Shown here one piece after another: positions 62,817-64,000 of a stretch of DNA of 64,000 bases. Location of the stretch: assembly GCF_016432865.1 (NCBI RefSeq), contig NC_067399.1:141732001-141796000 (forward strand), given 5' to 3'. The stretch comes from Antechinus flavipes. Lineage: Eukaryota. Every line of letters begins with the position of its first letter. Position 1 is the first letter of the stretch. Position numbers and translations under genes: made by a program. Under the pieces are notes generated by a model, which was not told the DNA's origin, made no database searches, and was given only the letters and a program-made list of their open reading frames with translations.

Positions 62817-64000
62817 GTAAGAGGCAGAGCCTAAGCTTCTAGTTCTCACTCTCACCTTACTCATTACTCAGTAGCATGCTGGATTTCTTCAAACTTGACA
62901 TGGAGCCCTGACAGTACAGGTAGATGGTAGTGTGTACTATGATCCTATATAAATAACCTTAGCCACATCAATCTAAGTGATCAGCTCCTCTAACTCCTTC
63001 ATTTTACAGATGAAAATGAGATTCTGAGATGTTATGGGTTTGCCCAGCATTACCCAACTAGTTAGGGTCTGAGATGGGATTTGAACCAGAAGTCCTGGGC
63101 TCCAGTGATTCCAAGCTGAGTTTCCATGGTCAGGACCAAAGACATCTGTCCTCTGAGCATCTGTAACCCCAAAGCTCGGAGAAATGCCTTAAGTGTATAT
63201 CATCCACCCTTCCTCACTCGTGTATATTTTATCTAGCAGAATATACTGAATATCTTAGTATCTTCTGTAGTATATCTGCCCCCTCCCCCCATTTTCAGAA
63301 TTTGCCACTGTTAGATTTGGAATGCCTGCTGGTCCAACATTAAGTTTCAGAGAAGAACCACAAGCCTTGCCTTCTGGGAAAGTTTGGGGAGGAAGTTTTG
63401 AGATCACCAGACTCCTTCAAGTCAGTATCTCAGTTCCTTTCTCATCAGAAATAGGACCTGGCCTCTTGCAGCTTCTAACTCAGCCTGCTCTTTCTGTTTT
63501 CTTTCCTTGTCTTTTCCTCTGCCCTTGAATTTGTCCTTCTACCCCTTGCCCTCACCCCACCCCCAGCCAAAGCTCAATCTCTCTCTTTCTCTTTCAGTTC
63601 CACTCTCTCCTTCTTCCTGCCTTCTGGCTCTTTCTCAATCCAAGGCTGTTCCCAGACCCTTGAAGCAACATCAGAGACCAAAGTAAAGTGATGAGGTCAT
63701 TACATCCTTCCCCCCACAGACCCATATCCCACCCCACCCTACCTTCATGCTATGCTCCATCCAGCTGGATGTGAGTCAGGGACTCTGGGGAGGTAGAATC
63801 CTGTCCAATCTCTCATTCACCTCATGGGAACTTCCAGGATTTTAGCATTCCCATTAAGAAGGGAAGGAAATAATTGGAGCCATCAGGTTCCCAAGGTCTT
63901 CAGAGTGATCCCTAAGGACTGAGTTGGCTAGCAAAGTTTTAAATGTTCAGAGGATCTAGTTCCAGCAAGGTAAATTGCTAGGGATTGGCAGATCAGAGCA

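Overview
Eukaryotic (mammalian) genomic DNA from a marsupial, probably a dasyurid judging by the MAR1/WSINE1-type SINEs and the L1 3' ends (species is inference). The window is the conserved REEP4-LGI3-SFTPC-BMP1 block (human 8p21.3 synteny). I reconstructed every coding exon by hand, and all splice sites are GT-AG with consistent phase. REEP4 is complete (minus strand, 8 exons, 257 aa), LGI3 is complete (minus, 8 exons, 549 aa), SFTPC is complete (plus, 5 coding exons plus a likely non-coding exon 6, 193 aa), and BMP1 is partial (plus, exons 1-6 covering signal peptide, prodomain and most of the astacin domain, continuing beyond the window). The rest is CpG-island promoters, SINE/LINE/hAT fragments (several with target-site duplications I could verify), simple repeats and five N-gaps. 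No rRNA, tRNA or CRISPR was found. I cannot support a wholly new multi-gene system. The best unannotated-looking signals are: a decayed, intronless YBX3-like cold-shock-domain retrocopy nested in a CR1 element and invisible to the ORF track; a ~0.95 kb hierarchical NYT-triplet array grown from a SINE tail 1 kb upstream of SFTPC; and lineage-specific changes in proSP-C and BMP1. Comparisons with human proteins and repeat consensi are from memory and need alignment to confirm.
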